A DNA stretch of 64,000 bases from Candidatus Pacebacteria bacterium CG2_30_36_39 (GCA_001873435.1 MNZB01000003.1:137789-201788), one strand, 5' to 3'. Counted from the first letter of the stretch, positions 30,626 to 41,790 are shown. Notes: generated by a model not told the origin, from the letters alone. Numbers and translations: made by a program.

Positions 30626-31324
30626 ATGAGAAAAATTATTTTTGGTAATTGGAAAGCTAATAAATCCTTAACTCAAGCCAGAGAATGGCTTGAGATTTTT
30701 AATCAAGAATTAGCTGAAGATGCTCAGTTAGAAGTTGAAGGAGTAATAGCTCCTGCTTTTCCACTCTTATCTGAAGTAAAAGAAAATTTGCCTAAGCAAA
30801 TTAGTTTGGGTTTGCAAGATATTAGCGCTTATCCAGCTGGTTCATATACTGGTGGTGTTTCGGTGCAAAATATTGCCGGTTTTGGGGTGAAATATGCTTT
30901 AATTGCTCATTCAGAACGTCGCAAATACTTTACTGAAACATCCACCACCGCTGCTCAAAAAGTCACCCAATTACTTTCTATTGGTATTACTCCAATTGTT
31001 TGTGTTGAAAGAGAAACCATTGATGAGCAGATTGCTAGAATTTCTGTGGAAGAATTATCTAAATGTATTATTGCTTATGAGCCTTCTGCCTCAATTGGAT
31101 CTGGAAATAATGCTTCATTAAGTGATGTAACTGATTTTAAAGAAAAGGTTAAAAGACTTTGTGGAGATGTGCCATATCTTTATGGTGGAAGTGTTAATGA
31201 GCAATCAATTGCTGAGTATCTTTTTGTCACTGATGGAGTTATTATTGGCACTGCCTCACTTGAGGCAAAACAATTTGTATCAGTTTTACGAGCTGCCCAA
31301 GGGAAAACACCTATTGGCTCATGA
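30626..31324 (+). CDS. tpiA: Triosephosphate isomerase
   Basis: GNWK, HSERR, IAYEP, YGGSV. Confidence 0.93.
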   Translation: MRKIIFGNWKANKSLTQAREWLEIFNQELAEDAQLEVEGVIAPAFPLLSEVKENLPKQISLGLQDISAYPAGSYTGGVSVQNIAGFGVKYALIAHSERRKYFTETSTTAAQKVTQLLSIGITPIVCVERETIDEQIARISVEELSKCIIAYEPSASIGSGNNASLSDVTDFKEKVKRLCGDVPYLYGGSVNEQSIAEYLFVTDGVIIGTASLEAKQFVSVLRAAQGKTPIGS

Positions 31325-32583
31325 AACGATTATTTGAGATACCTTATAGCTTTTCACTATTAGCGATTCTGTTTTTTTCCTTGTTGGTAAGATTTTTTCA
31401 ACTTGGTCAACCTGCAGATTATGTTTTTGATGAGCGTTATCATCTTCCAGCTGTCAGATTGATTGCTGAAAATGACCCTAGAGCTTTTGAGTGGTGGCAT
31501 CCTCCAATTTATGGTGTTTCAAACCATGATTGGCTTCATCCTCCTTTGGCTAAATATATTCAAGCCACTGTTTATAAATTAGGTCATGGCTCAGTAGAGA
31601 GCTGGCGTTTGGGATCAGTTATTTTTGGTCTAGGGGGAATAGTTTTAACCTATGTATTAGGTAGTTTGGTTTTTAATAACAGATTGGTAGGAATTTTATC
31701 TGCTTTAATTTTGAGTTTAGATGGTTTGTGGCTAGTTCAATCTAGAGTGGGAATGAATGATGTTTTTGTTACTGTTTGGTTGCTACTGGCTGCTATTGTT
31801 TATGTAAAGCTGAAGAAAAAAACCAATAGTTCTTTGTTGCTGTTGGTCGGAATTTTTCTTGGTATTGGGATAGCTACCAAGTGGACAGCCATGTTTTGGT
31901 TGGTGGGAATTCTTAGCTATGAACTAGTTAATGTTTGGAGAAAAAAAACTTGGCGCTTGATTCCTTGGCAAGTTTTTTGTTTATTAGCTGTGCCTATTTT
32001 TATCTACTTATTAAGTTATTTGCCTATGTTTATTCAGGGTAAAGATTTTAGTTATTTTTTAGAATTACATAAAAATATTTGGTGGTATCAGACTCATCGT
32101 GAATCCTTGCATTTGTTTCAATCTATTCCAGCCCAATGGATAAATAATACTGGTGTTGTTTGGTATTGGCACGGCTCTAATTATGAAAATATTTATGCTT
32201 TTAATAATCCATTATTGGTTGTTCTAGAAAACATTGCTTTGTTGGTAACCATTTATGCAATTGCAAGAAAAAATGTTAATCATCAATATTTGTCTTTGCT
32301 ATTGTTTTTTTACGCCATGAGTTTTGTGCTATGGGTTTTTAGTCCACGGATACTTTTTTATTATCACTACACTCCAGCTCTGCCATTTTTGGCAATAATT
32401 TTGGGATATTGGTTGAAGAAAATTTATTTTTCGAATGTTGAAGTTAAAAAATCTTTATTATTCTTATTTACAATTGTTTGCCTGGTTTTTGTTTTCTGGC
32501 TTTATTATCCAGCTTGGATTGGATTTCCAGTTTCCAAAGATTTACAAGACACAGTATACTATTTCCTGCCTGGACAGATATAA
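31321..32583 (+). CDS. Protein O-mannosyltransferase-like (GT39/PMT)
   Basis: VFDE..H, HPPLAK, WRL, SR..M.D, TKW and YHY.PALPF motifs, multi-TM. Confidence 0.85.
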   Translation: MKRLFEIPYSFSLLAILFFSLLVRFFQLGQPADYVFDERYHLPAVRLIAENDPRAFEWWHPPIYGVSNHDWLHPPLAKYIQATVYKLGHGSVESWRLGSVIFGLGGIVLTYVLGSLVFNNRLVGILSALILSLDGLWLVQSRVGMNDVFVTVWLLLAAIVYVKLKKKTNSSLLLLVGIFLGIGIATKWTAMFWLVGILSYELVNVWRKKTWRLIPWQVFCLLAVPIFIYLLSYLPMFIQGKDFSYFLELHKNIWWYQTHRESLHLFQSIPAQWINNTGVVWYWHGSNYENIYAFNNPLLVVLENIALLVTIYAIARKNVNHQYLSLLLFFYAMSFVLWVFSPRILFYYHYTPALPFLAIILGYWLKKIYFSNVEVKKSLLFLFTIVCLVFVFWLYYPAWIGFPVSKDLQDTVYYFLPGQI

Positions 32584-32584
32584 A

Positions 32585-33301
32585 ATGAAAAAACTATCTT
32601 CTCTATCTATTTTTTTTCCTTGTTTTAATGAAGAAAGAAATATTCCTTTTTTTATTGATGAAGCGCTTAATTTTCTTCCCAAAATTGCTGATAAGTTTGA
32701 GATTATTATCATAAATGATGGGAGTGTGGATGATACAAGATTAGTTACTGACAAACTAACCAAGGAAAATCCACTTATTAAGGTAATTCATCATTCAGAA
32801 AACTTGGGCTATGGTGCTGCTTTGAGAACTGGTTTTTCAGTAGCCAAATATGAGTGGGTGTTTTTTACCGATGGTGATTTGCAATTTAAATTGTCTCAAC
32901 TTAAAAAATTTATTCCTTATACTGATAAAAACCACGTGATAATTGGTTATCGCAAAAACAGAGCGGATGGCAAAGCTAGGGTTTTTAATGCTTGGTTATT
33001 TAAGCTTTATATTGATTTGCTTTTTAGAGTTGGGGTTAAAGATATTGACTGTGCATTTAAGTTATTTCATAGGAAAACTTTGCAATCTTTGCATTTAGAA
33101 TCTACTGGAGCTTTTACTAGCTCTGAGGTTCTTTATAAGTTAAAGAAAAAAGGTGAAGTTTTTGTTCAGCTGCCAGTTGATCATAAAAAAAGAAAATATG
33201 GTTCTCCAACTGGAAATAATTTGAAGGTAATTATTAAAGCTGGAATTGAGGCTTTGAGTTTATATTTAAAAATTAAGCTTGGAAGTTTAGTTCAAAAATG
33301 A
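32585..33301 (+). CDS. GT2 polyprenol-phosphate glycosyltransferase (DPM1-like)
   Basis: PCFNEE, NDGSVD, FTDGD, DIDCAFK. Start moved to 32585. Confidence 0.9.
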   Translation: MKKLSSLSIFFPCFNEERNIPFFIDEALNFLPKIADKFEIIIINDGSVDDTRLVTDKLTKENPLIKVIHHSENLGYGAALRTGFSVAKYEWVFFTDGDLQFKLSQLKKFIPYTDKNHVIIGYRKNRADGKARVFNAWLFKLYIDLLFRVGVKDIDCAFKLFHRKTLQSLHLESTGAFTSSEVLYKLKKKGEVFVQLPVDHKKRKYGSPTGNNLKVIIKAGIEALSLYLKIKLGSLVQK

Positions 33302-34557
33302 AAAAAATAGCAATTATCGGAGCTGGTTTTGCAGGTTTGGCTGCAGCATGGGAAGCTGTTAAATCAGGTTACAAAGTTGATATTTTTGAAGCTGAAAAAC
33401 TACCAGGTGGATTGGCTTCTGGATTAAAAAATGATAAATGGTTGTGGTCTTTGGAGCATCATTATCATCATATTTTTCAAACAGATAAAGATATTCTCAA
33501 TTTATTGTCAGAAATGAATTTGAATAAAAAAATATTTTTTAAGACAGTAAACACTAGATCATATTTTGATAAAAGAGCTTGGTCAGTTGATAGTCCCATT
33601 AATTTGCTTCGCTTCTCTCCCCTATCATTTTTTGATCGTTTACGAGTTGGTTTTGTTATTGCGTTTTTAAAATTTTTACCCAATGGTCGTTGGTTAGAAA
33701 AATACTCTGCTAAAGATTTTTTAATTAAGACTATGGGGAAAGCTGGTTGGGAAATTTTATGGCAACCCTTATTTGATGGCAAATTTGGCAAGCAAGCTGG
33801 AAAGATAAACATGGCTTGGTTTTGGGCTAGAATCAGTTCTCGCTCACAGCAATTGGGATATTATCAGGGTGGATTTTTATGTTTAGCAGAAGATATGGTT
33901 GAAGTTTTAAAATCAAAAGGTGTTAAGTTTCATTTTTCTGCTCCAGTATTAAAAATAAAAAGCAGTAACAAAAAAATAAATGTAATTTTGGAAAAAAATA
34001 AAAGTCTTCCTTTTGATAATGTTTTAATAACCCTTCCATCTCCAGTGGCTAGCAAGTTGGTTGATTTACCAAAGAATAATTTAAAAGGATTATCAGCAAG
34101 AACTTTAGTATTAGAGTTAGATAAAGAATTTTTTATTGATCAGACATATTGGCTGAGTATTCATGAGAAAAACTGGCCTTTTTTGGCTGTGGTTGAGCAT
34201 ACCAATCTTACTAACAAAAAAAATTATGGTAACAAAACTATTATTTATGTTGGTAAGTATTTAGATAAAAAAGAATCTTTTTATAAACTTAGTAAAGAAG
34301 AGATTCTTAAAATATATCAGCCATTTTTAGAAAAACTTTCTCCTGGATTTAATAAATATCTAAAGCGTAGCTGGATTTTTGATGCAGACTTTGCCCAACC
34401 ATTGGTTTTTACCAACCATTCTAAAGAGGTGCCATTAATTAAAACTGATATGAATGGAGTTTATTGGGTCAGCATGCAACATGTTTACCCTTGGGATCGT
34501 GGCATAAATTATGCGGTTAAATTTGGTTTAGAAGCTGTTAAATATTTTAATGATTAA
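33298..34557 (+). CDS. FAD-dependent oxidoreductase (PPOX/amine-oxidase-like)
   Basis: IIGAGFAGL..A dinucleotide-binding motif, LEHHYHH, YPWDRG. Confidence 0.85.
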   Translation: MKKIAIIGAGFAGLAAAWEAVKSGYKVDIFEAEKLPGGLASGLKNDKWLWSLEHHYHHIFQTDKDILNLLSEMNLNKKIFFKTVNTRSYFDKRAWSVDSPINLLRFSPLSFFDRLRVGFVIAFLKFLPNGRWLEKYSAKDFLIKTMGKAGWEILWQPLFDGKFGKQAGKINMAWFWARISSRSQQLGYYQGGFLCLAEDMVEVLKSKGVKFHFSAPVLKIKSSNKKINVILEKNKSLPFDNVLITLPSPVASKLVDLPKNNLKGLSARTLVLELDKEFFIDQTYWLSIHEKNWPFLAVVEHTNLTNKKNYGNKTIIYVGKYLDKKESFYKLSKEEILKIYQPFLEKLSPGFNKYLKRSWIFDADFAQPLVFTNHSKEVPLIKTDMNGVYWVSMQHVYPWDRGINYAVKFGLEAVKYFND

Positions 34558-36247
34558 ATATATGAAAAAAATATTTCAAAATTTGATTAATTTTTTTCAG
34601 CAAAAAAGCTCTAAAAAATATTTTGTAATTTTTGGAATTTTTTTTCTAATATGTTTTATTTTTTTTCAATCAACATTTTCTTATCATGAACAAAAATTTT
34701 TTATTAAAGCAAAATTGTGGAGCGATTTTGCTGCCCACCTTCCACTCATTAGGTCTTTTAGTCTTGGAGATAATTGGCCAGTGGAATATCCTTTTTTTGC
34801 TGGACTTAAGATTAACTATCATTTTCTGTTTTATGCAGTCGTTGGTGGTTTGGAAAGAATTGGTTTTAGAATTGATTACGCACTAAATTTTCTAAGTGCT
34901 TTGGGTGGCGCTGGTTTATTGACTAGTATTGTTTGGCTTGGTGAGTACTATTTTAGTTTTAGCGCTGGTTTATTGGCAGTTTTTTTATTTTTATTTAATG
35001 GTTCGTTAGTTTTTATTCAATTTTTTAAAGAAAATATTTTTACTAATTTTGAAAATTTTTATCAAACTTTAGTTACTCAAAGAACATTTGTTAGTTTTGG
35101 TCCTTGGAATGGAGATTTAATAAGTGCATTTTGGAATTTAAATATTTTTACCAATCAACGTCATTTGGGCTTGGGTATTAGTATTTTATTGTTTTTAATT
35201 GGTTGGTTTGAATTATTTTTTAAAGAGAAAAATAAGATTTATCAGAGAGATTATTTATTAATAGCTTTTTTAATAGTTTTACTGCCCCTATTTCATCAGG
35301 CCTCTTTTGCTGTTTTAGTAATTTATTTATTAATTGGTTTTTTCTCTAATCCAAAATTTTATTTAAAAAAACATTTATTATTTTTTATTATTACGGGATT
35401 TATTTCTTTTAAATCATATTTAATGTTTAAAAATGGTTTTATACCTATTTTAGACATTGGTTTTTTGGCTTTAGAAAAAAACTTACCAAGTATTTTTAAT
35501 TATTGTTTACAAAACTTTGGACTTTACCTATTTTTTATTCCGCTATTTTTATTTTTAGTATTTTTCAAAAAAGATTATTTTAAATTTCGTAAGATTTATT
35601 TAACTGGTTTATTTATTTTTATTATTTCTTTTATTTTTCGTTTTTCTACAGACATGATTAATAATCATAAATTTATTACTATTTTTCTGATTATTATGAA
35701 TTTAGGCGTTGCTGGCTTATTAGTTAAAACTTATCAAACACAAGTTTTTTTGAAGCAAATTGGTGTTTCTTTAATAGTCTTTTTCTTAACCTTTTCTGGC
35801 TTAATAGACTTATTTCCAATTCTCAATGATGGCTTGTATGTGCAAAAAGATTATCAGCGATCTGAGTTTGGTAGATGGGTAGTCACAATTGATCCACATT
35901 CGGTTTTTTTGGTAAATGAATATTTATATAATCCAATTTCTTTAGCTGGTAGAAAACTCTATCTAGATTATGGTTATTTTTCTTGGTCAATGGGTTATCC
36001 AGATCATGATCGTCGAAAAAAACAGGACCAGATTTTTAGTAAAGATATTGCTAAAGATGACTGGTGCAACCTACTAAGCTCTGAGGGTATTGATTATTTG
36101 GCATTAGACCAAAATCAAGGTGATTTTATGAGTAAGTACAGAGTTGATCAGTCTAGTTTTATTTATTTTTCTAAACCATTGATTTTTGATAAAGCAGAAA
36201 ATCAATCGAGCACATATGTTTATGATGTAAAGGAAATATGTCAATAA
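34550..36247 (+). CDS. Multi-TM GT-C-fold glycosyltransferase-like protein
   Basis: WSD.AAHL..I.SF, YHFLF, periplasmic C-terminal LAGR motif. Confidence 0.6.
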   Translation: MIKYMKKIFQNLINFFQQKSSKKYFVIFGIFFLICFIFFQSTFSYHEQKFFIKAKLWSDFAAHLPLIRSFSLGDNWPVEYPFFAGLKINYHFLFYAVVGGLERIGFRIDYALNFLSALGGAGLLTSIVWLGEYYFSFSAGLLAVFLFLFNGSLVFIQFFKENIFTNFENFYQTLVTQRTFVSFGPWNGDLISAFWNLNIFTNQRHLGLGISILLFLIGWFELFFKEKNKIYQRDYLLIAFLIVLLPLFHQASFAVLVIYLLIGFFSNPKFYLKKHLLFFIITGFISFKSYLMFKNGFIPILDIGFLALEKNLPSIFNYCLQNFGLYLFFIPLFLFLVFFKKDYFKFRKIYLTGLFIFIISFIFRFSTDMINNHKFITIFLIIMNLGVAGLLVKTYQTQVFLKQIGVSLIVFFLTFSGLIDLFPILNDGLYVQKDYQRSEFGRWVVTIDPHSVFLVNEYLYNPISLAGRKLYLDYGYFSWSMGYPDHDRRKKQDQIFSKDIAKDDWCNLLSSEGIDYLALDQNQGDFMSKYRVDQSSFIYFSKPLIFDKAENQSSTYVYDVKEICQ

Positions 36248-37938
36248 AAAAACCAATCAGAGTTGGTTTTGATTTGGATGGAGTTTTACTTTACAACCCA
36301 GTGAGAATTGTTCGTCCTATTATTTCTTTATTAAAAAAGAAAAAAATTATTCAGCGCAAGGAAATGCAATTTTTTGTTCCCACTAGGAAATGGGAAATGA
36401 TTTTTTGGCGGCTATTTCATAAGACAAGTCTGTTTGTTTCTCCTGGAATTAAGGAAATTGAGAGGCTTGTTAAAGCTGGTGAAATTGAGGCCTATGTTGT
36501 AACTGCTAGATTTAAGTATCTTCAGCCAGATACTCAGTATTGGTTTAATAAGTTTGCCAAAAAGAAGATTTTTAAAACCTGTTATTTGAATGAAAAAAAT
36601 GAGCAACCGCACTTATTTAAAGCAAGGAAAATTGATGAATTAAAGTTAGATTATTTTGTTGAAGACAATTGGGATATTGTTCAGTTTTTAAATAAAAAAT
36701 TTGGTCAAAAGAAAAAGATTTTTTGGATTACCAATTTAGTTGATAATAAAAAGAATTATGAATATAAATTTTTGAGTTTGCAAAAAATATTTAAATCATT
36801 GCCAAATTACAAACCAAAGCTTTTATTTTTTTCACCATACTTCTACCCGCATAAGTCTGGTATTACTCAGTATTCACTAAAGATGCTTTCGGAAATTGCT
36901 AATAAATATAGTATTACTGTATTAAGCTTTAAATTTTCAGCAAGATTAAAAAACTTTGAGTATTTCAACGGTTTAAAAATTATTAGAATGCCATTTTTAT
37001 TTTATTTTAAAAAAGGATTTATTTCTTTTCAATCAATTATTTATTTTTTTAAAAATTTAATTAACACAGATTTGGTTGTCGTTGACTATCCTAATCTAGA
37101 AGGTTTGCCATTAATTATTTTTGCCAAACTAATGAGAAAAAAAATAGTTACAGCTTTTCATTGTAAAATTCAATTTGAAACTGGATTAATTAATTATTTG
37201 ATAAAAAAATTATTGGAATTTTCAGCCTTAGTTCATTTGGATCTTAGTGATAAAGTTGCCGTATTAGCAGATGACTATTTTTATCAATTCTCAAGCTATC
37301 AAAAATATTCACCAAAGATAAAAGAAATTCATCCACATTTTGGATCAGAAAAAAAAGATCAATTATTTTTCAAGAAAATTAAGCAGCAGAAGAAAAAAAA
37401 TATTTGGCTTGGATTTGTTGGAAGAATAGCTTCTGAAAAAGGCATAGAAACACTTTTAAAAGCTTTGCAAAAATTACCAGCAAACCATCAATTAATTATT
37501 GCTGGTCCATCTTTAGTTACTGGAGAAAATGAATATCGAAAGAAAGTTCTAAAAATTGTTGAGAACCAATCGGCTAGGATTATTTTTTTTAATGACTTAA
37601 ATAATAATAAATTAGTTAGTTTATTTTCATTATTAGATGTTTTAATTCTTCCTTCAGAAAAACATACTGAGGCTTTCGGAATTGTACAACTTGAAGCAAT
37701 GGAACAAGGTATTCCAGTTGTGGCTTCAAATCTTCCTGGTATTAGAGTTCCAGTGTTAAAAACTGGTTTGGGAATGTTATTTAAACCAAAAGATGAATTT
37801 AGTTTATACAAAGCAATTAAGCAAACTTTGGATAAACGACAACTCAAGGATAAGACAAAAAATATTAAAAAATTTAATCAGATATTTTCTAGCAAAGAAA
37901 CAGTTAATCAGTTTTTAGATTTATTGCGAAAAATATAA
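36238..37938 (+). CDS. HAD-family hydrolase fused to GT4 glycosyltransferase
   Basis: N-terminal GFDLDGVL...FVEDN; C-terminal FVGRIASEKG, EAFGIVQLEAM. Confidence 0.8.
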   Translation: MSIKKPIRVGFDLDGVLLYNPVRIVRPIISLLKKKKIIQRKEMQFFVPTRKWEMIFWRLFHKTSLFVSPGIKEIERLVKAGEIEAYVVTARFKYLQPDTQYWFNKFAKKKIFKTCYLNEKNEQPHLFKARKIDELKLDYFVEDNWDIVQFLNKKFGQKKKIFWITNLVDNKKNYEYKFLSLQKIFKSLPNYKPKLLFFSPYFYPHKSGITQYSLKMLSEIANKYSITVLSFKFSARLKNFEYFNGLKIIRMPFLFYFKKGFISFQSIIYFFKNLINTDLVVVDYPNLEGLPLIIFAKLMRKKIVTAFHCKIQFETGLINYLIKKLLEFSALVHLDLSDKVAVLADDYFYQFSSYQKYSPKIKEIHPHFGSEKKDQLFFKKIKQQKKKNIWLGFVGRIASEKGIETLLKALQKLPANHQLIIAGPSLVTGENEYRKKVLKIVENQSARIIFFNDLNNNKLVSLFSLLDVLILPSEKHTEAFGIVQLEAMEQGIPVVASNLPGIRVPVLKTGLGMLFKPKDEFSLYKAIKQTLDKRQLKDKTKNIKKFNQIFSSKETVNQFLDLLRKI

Positions 37939-39611
37939 ACCGTAGGGTGATCATAGACAGTAAATGCTTCCTCTGCCCATTGATCATCAATCGTGACTGG
38001 AATACCTAGCCATTCTAATGATGGACTAGTCTGAAAAACTTTTTCCATTTGATAGTTAGTTTCGCCACCAAACAAGTTTTGATAAAAAATGCTTGTTTGA
38101 GGATATCTATTTGGAATTCTAGAAATACTGGCCCAAGCTCTATTTGAGGACAGAATATAATAATCTGCATTTGCTAGTTCATAATTAATAGTTTCCCATT
38201 TTTGAGTTGAGTCTTGGTCAAATACTGAAATTGCTTTGGCTTGATAATTATTGATTTTTCCAGGGACATAAGCCAATGGCAAAGAATCATCCCAGTACTC
38301 ATAGAGAATCATTGAGTTGTTGGGAACATTTTGATAAATCCATCTAGTGGCTTCTGCCCTAGTAAATGGTTTGACAAAAATATTTGTAAACATCAAAGGC
38401 CAAAACATAATTATGATGATGAGTACGATGGCAGTGGTAAAAGGCTTCTTATTGCCAATAGTTTGTTGGATTCTAGCTGCTCCTAGTCCACCAAAAAAGG
38501 CAAAGAATGGGTAAAGCATGGCGAAGTAGCGTAGGTTTTGTGTGAATTGTGATCCCTGCCAACAAATAAATAGTATTATCCAGATTGAAAGTATTGATAA
38601 AAATGTTTTTGGTCTTTTAATAGTTAGCCAAAGCCAACCAATTAAAATTAACAAGCTTTGCCAAATGCCTATGCCAAAAAAGACCATGTTTTTTAGACTG
38701 AATAGAATTGGGGTTCTATCTAGCCATTGCATGGATGGTGGAAACCAAGTATCTGGTTTTGACCATGATTGGAGTGTTTGTAAGTTTTTTATAAAGGCTG
38801 GAGAAATTTGAGGATCTAGCCATGAATTATTGAAAAAATAATCTGGATTTAAAATTCTTAGGGTTACGTAACTAACTAAGCCAAAAAATAGTCCATTTCT
38901 TAATAACAACCAGATTGATTGCCATAGTTTTTTTTTATTTAAAACTGTTTGCCAAATAAAAACTGCAGCAAGTAAGGGTGCGTAATAAATGGCTGATGAT
39001 TTGCTGGCTAGTGCCATGCCCCAAAAAATTCCAGCTAGTTGAATAAAAAATATTTCAATAAAGATGTTATTTGATTTTTTAATAGCTGCAAAAATGCTTA
39101 ACAAACTAGCTAAGCAAAAAAAAGTAACAAAAGGATCAACTGTAAAGAAGTGAGAGAGTTGAATAGGTAGAACCATTAAGGCATAGATGAGAGTTGCCCA
39201 GAGAGAGGTTTTTTTTGGTAAATTAAATTTTTGAGTAAAATAGCGAGCCAACAAAAAGACAAGAACAATGGTGCCTGTTTCCAAGATAATATTTATTGTT
39301 CTGCCAAGCAAAACAAATGGTAAAAAGGCATCCTTTGTGTGAGTGAGTTGGGCGATCACTTTAATAACAGTTAATGGAAAACTGCCATAGACATAAAATT
39401 GATAGGAAGTATTTTTAACTCTCAGGGGTGAGTCTGAAGAGAAATATTCGTTTAGATTTTTGGGAATTTTTAGTTCTTGAGCAACCATGACCAAAAATCT
39501 TTCATCTGGATGCATGAAAGTGCCTTGATCCCAGTAAATTCCTAAAACTCTTATAAAAAAGCCTAGTAAGACCAAGGTGACTAGAGAAAGAAATGCTTTC
39601 ACGTATTTCAT
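37908..39611 (-). CDS. GT39/ArnT-like glycosyltransferase (PMT_2)
   Basis: HPDERF, YGSFP, SHFFTVD, EEAFTVYDHP. Confidence 0.8.
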   Translation of the reverse strand: MKYVKAFLSLVTLVLLGFFIRVLGIYWDQGTFMHPDERFLVMVAQELKIPKNLNEYFSSDSPLRVKNTSYQFYVYGSFPLTVIKVIAQLTHTKDAFLPFVLLGRTINIILETGTIVLVFLLARYFTQKFNLPKKTSLWATLIYALMVLPIQLSHFFTVDPFVTFFCLASLLSIFAAIKKSNNIFIEIFFIQLAGIFWGMALASKSSAIYYAPLLAAVFIWQTVLNKKKLWQSIWLLLRNGLFFGLVSYVTLRILNPDYFFNNSWLDPQISPAFIKNLQTLQSWSKPDTWFPPSMQWLDRTPILFSLKNMVFFGIGIWQSLLILIGWLWLTIKRPKTFLSILSIWIILFICWQGSQFTQNLRYFAMLYPFFAFFGGLGAARIQQTIGNKKPFTTAIVLIIIIMFWPLMFTNIFVKPFTRAEATRWIYQNVPNNSMILYEYWDDSLPLAYVPGKINNYQAKAISVFDQDSTQKWETINYELANADYYILSSNRAWASISRIPNRYPQTSIFYQNLFGGETNYQMEKVFQTSPSLEWLGIPVTIDDQWAEEAFTVYDHPTVYIFRNKSKN

Positions 39612-39688
39612 TATAACGGAGTCTTTTTTTCCTAGTTACTGGGTTTTCAATCTCTCTTTTTACCTGATATTTTGGTATATTCGAGCGT

Positions 39689-41788
39689 ATGTTTTTAAAT
39701 GGTATTTACTTATTATTTTTAGCCACTTCTACATTACTTTTTCAAATTCTTGGTTTTGCTTTGCTAAATTTATTTTTGCCTAAAAAAAGAATGACAGCTG
39801 AAGTATGGGCTTGGGGGAGAATTGTCGGTTGGTTAGTTATTGGTTTGTTTATGTGGTTTTTGGGTCATTTGTTACCTTTTAATACTGATTTGGGTTTTTG
39901 GTTGATTTTTATATTTACGTATTTTGTTGTATTTATTAAAAATAAAGAGTTGAAGAGTGAATTAAAACAATTTGTTGCAAAGTTTAAAAAAGAAATAATT
40001 TTATTTGAACTAATATTTTTATTTGGTTTTATATTTCTTGGTTTGATGAGAACTTATAATCCTCAGGTTTTAGATTTAGAAAAATTTATGGATGGTGGTT
40101 TAATGCAGCGCTATTTAGTTTCCCCTACCCTTCCTATTCAGGATATGTGGCTGGCTGGTGAAAAAATTAATTATTATACTTTTGGTCATTTTTTAGGAAG
40201 CTTGATGCTGCGGTTTTGGAAGTTGCCAATGGAATGGGGCTACAATATTTTATTAGCTTATATTCTTGGCTTGATGTGTATAGAGTCTTTTGCTTTTGGC
40301 AGAATTTTATTAAAGCCTTTCATTGCTCAGGCTCCAAAAAAACATCTCAAAAGAAATGCTTTTTTACTAACTTTTATTGGTTTACTTTCAATGCTTTTGG
40401 TAAATTTTGCTGGCAATACCCACCCACTTTGGTATCTTATTAAGAATGGGAGTTTTGACAAATATTGGTATCCAGACGCAACTAGATTCATTGAAAGAAC
40501 TATCCACGAATTTCCAGCTTATAGTTATATAGTTAGCGATTTGCATGCTCATGTTTGGGCAATGCCAATCGTTATTTTGATGCTGTTTATTGCTTGGGAA
40601 TGGAAATTGAGTTTGGCTGAAGAAAAGAAATATCTTTCATTTCGTTCGAAACTTGGCGATTTTAAATCTTTAAAAATTGGTAGTTTATTAAATCAGTCAT
40701 ATTTTCGTGAATCTTTGGCTATGGGTGCTATTTTGGGAATTTTAGCAATGACTAGTACCTGGGATACCATGATCTATGGTTTGTTTTTAGCTGTACTTGG
40801 TGTGTTTTTGCTGTTGGAATTTACTGAAAAATTTTGGTTATTTGTTTTTTCTGCTATAGCAGTTGGTTTGGCAGCTATTGTTAGTGTTAGTTTATGGATG
40901 TTAAATTTTACCTCCATTTCTCAGGGAGTATTTTTGGCTTATGAGCATTCACCATTTTGGCAATTAATTGCTTTATGGGGAGGACATTTTTTATTTAGTT
41001 TATTGAGTTTAATATTTGTAGCAATGATTAAGTTTTCCCCAAAATTAAAACCTAGTTATATATTTTTATTGAGTATGGGTATTACAGCTTTTATTTTATT
41101 AGTTTTACCAGAATTGATTTATTTTAAAGATATATACCCCAATCATCCTAGGGCTAACACGATGTTTAAGTTTACTTTTCAAGCTTTTATTTTGATGAGT
41201 TTCTTAATCAGTTGGGGTTTTGGTATGTTGCTGCAAAAATCTACTAAATCTTTAATTTCTTTATTATTAAAAATCTTAGTTTTAATTTTTGTAGGAGGTT
41301 TTTTTCTTGTTGCTTTGTGTTTTCCTTTTTTGGGTTATCCGAGTTACTATGGTCACTTTAAAACTAATGATGGTTGGGATGGCTTGAGTTGGATGAAACG
41401 TGAAACTCCAGCCGATTATCAAGCTATTTTATGGTTAAGAAAAAATGTAGATCCTAATGCAATTATTTTGGAGGCTGTAGGAGAGAGTTATAGTAAAAAA
41501 GCTAGAGTATCTGTTTTTACTGGTATGCCTACAGTGCTTGGTTGGAGGGTTCATGAATGGTTATGGAGAGGTGGATTTGCAATACCTGGTCAAAGAACTA
41601 CTGAGGTAGCCAAAATTTTTGAACAGCCAAATTCTGTGGAGGCTTCAAATCTATTAAATCAATATAAAGTGAAATATATTTTTGTAGGTTCTCAAGAAAA
41701 AATAGTTTATAAATTAAATCATGATTTGTTAGTTGATTTGGGTAAAGTGATTTATTCTAAGGATGGAGTTTATATTATTGAAAGATAA
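39689..41788 (+). CDS. DUF2298 (YYY-motif) membrane protein
   Basis: EKFMD, D.WLAG..INYY.FG, I.EFP.YS....DLHAH, R.NT.FKF, LGW..HE..WR. Confidence 0.85.
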   Translation: MFLNGIYLLFLATSTLLFQILGFALLNLFLPKKRMTAEVWAWGRIVGWLVIGLFMWFLGHLLPFNTDLGFWLIFIFTYFVVFIKNKELKSELKQFVAKFKKEIILFELIFLFGFIFLGLMRTYNPQVLDLEKFMDGGLMQRYLVSPTLPIQDMWLAGEKINYYTFGHFLGSLMLRFWKLPMEWGYNILLAYILGLMCIESFAFGRILLKPFIAQAPKKHLKRNAFLLTFIGLLSMLLVNFAGNTHPLWYLIKNGSFDKYWYPDATRFIERTIHEFPAYSYIVSDLHAHVWAMPIVILMLFIAWEWKLSLAEEKKYLSFRSKLGDFKSLKIGSLLNQSYFRESLAMGAILGILAMTSTWDTMIYGLFLAVLGVFLLLEFTEKFWLFVFSAIAVGLAAIVSVSLWMLNFTSISQGVFLAYEHSPFWQLIALWGGHFLFSLLSLIFVAMIKFSPKLKPSYIFLLSMGITAFILLVLPELIYFKDIYPNHPRANTMFKFTFQAFILMSFLISWGFGMLLQKSTKSLISLLLKILVLIFVGGFFLVALCFPFLGYPSYYGHFKTNDGWDGLSWMKRETPADYQAILWLRKNVDPNAIILEAVGESYSKKARVSVFTGMPTVLGWRVHEWLWRGGFAIPGQRTTEVAKIFEQPNSVEASNLLNQYKVKYIFVGSQEKIVYKLNHDLLVDLGKVIYSKDGVYIIER

Positions 41789-41790
41789 TT

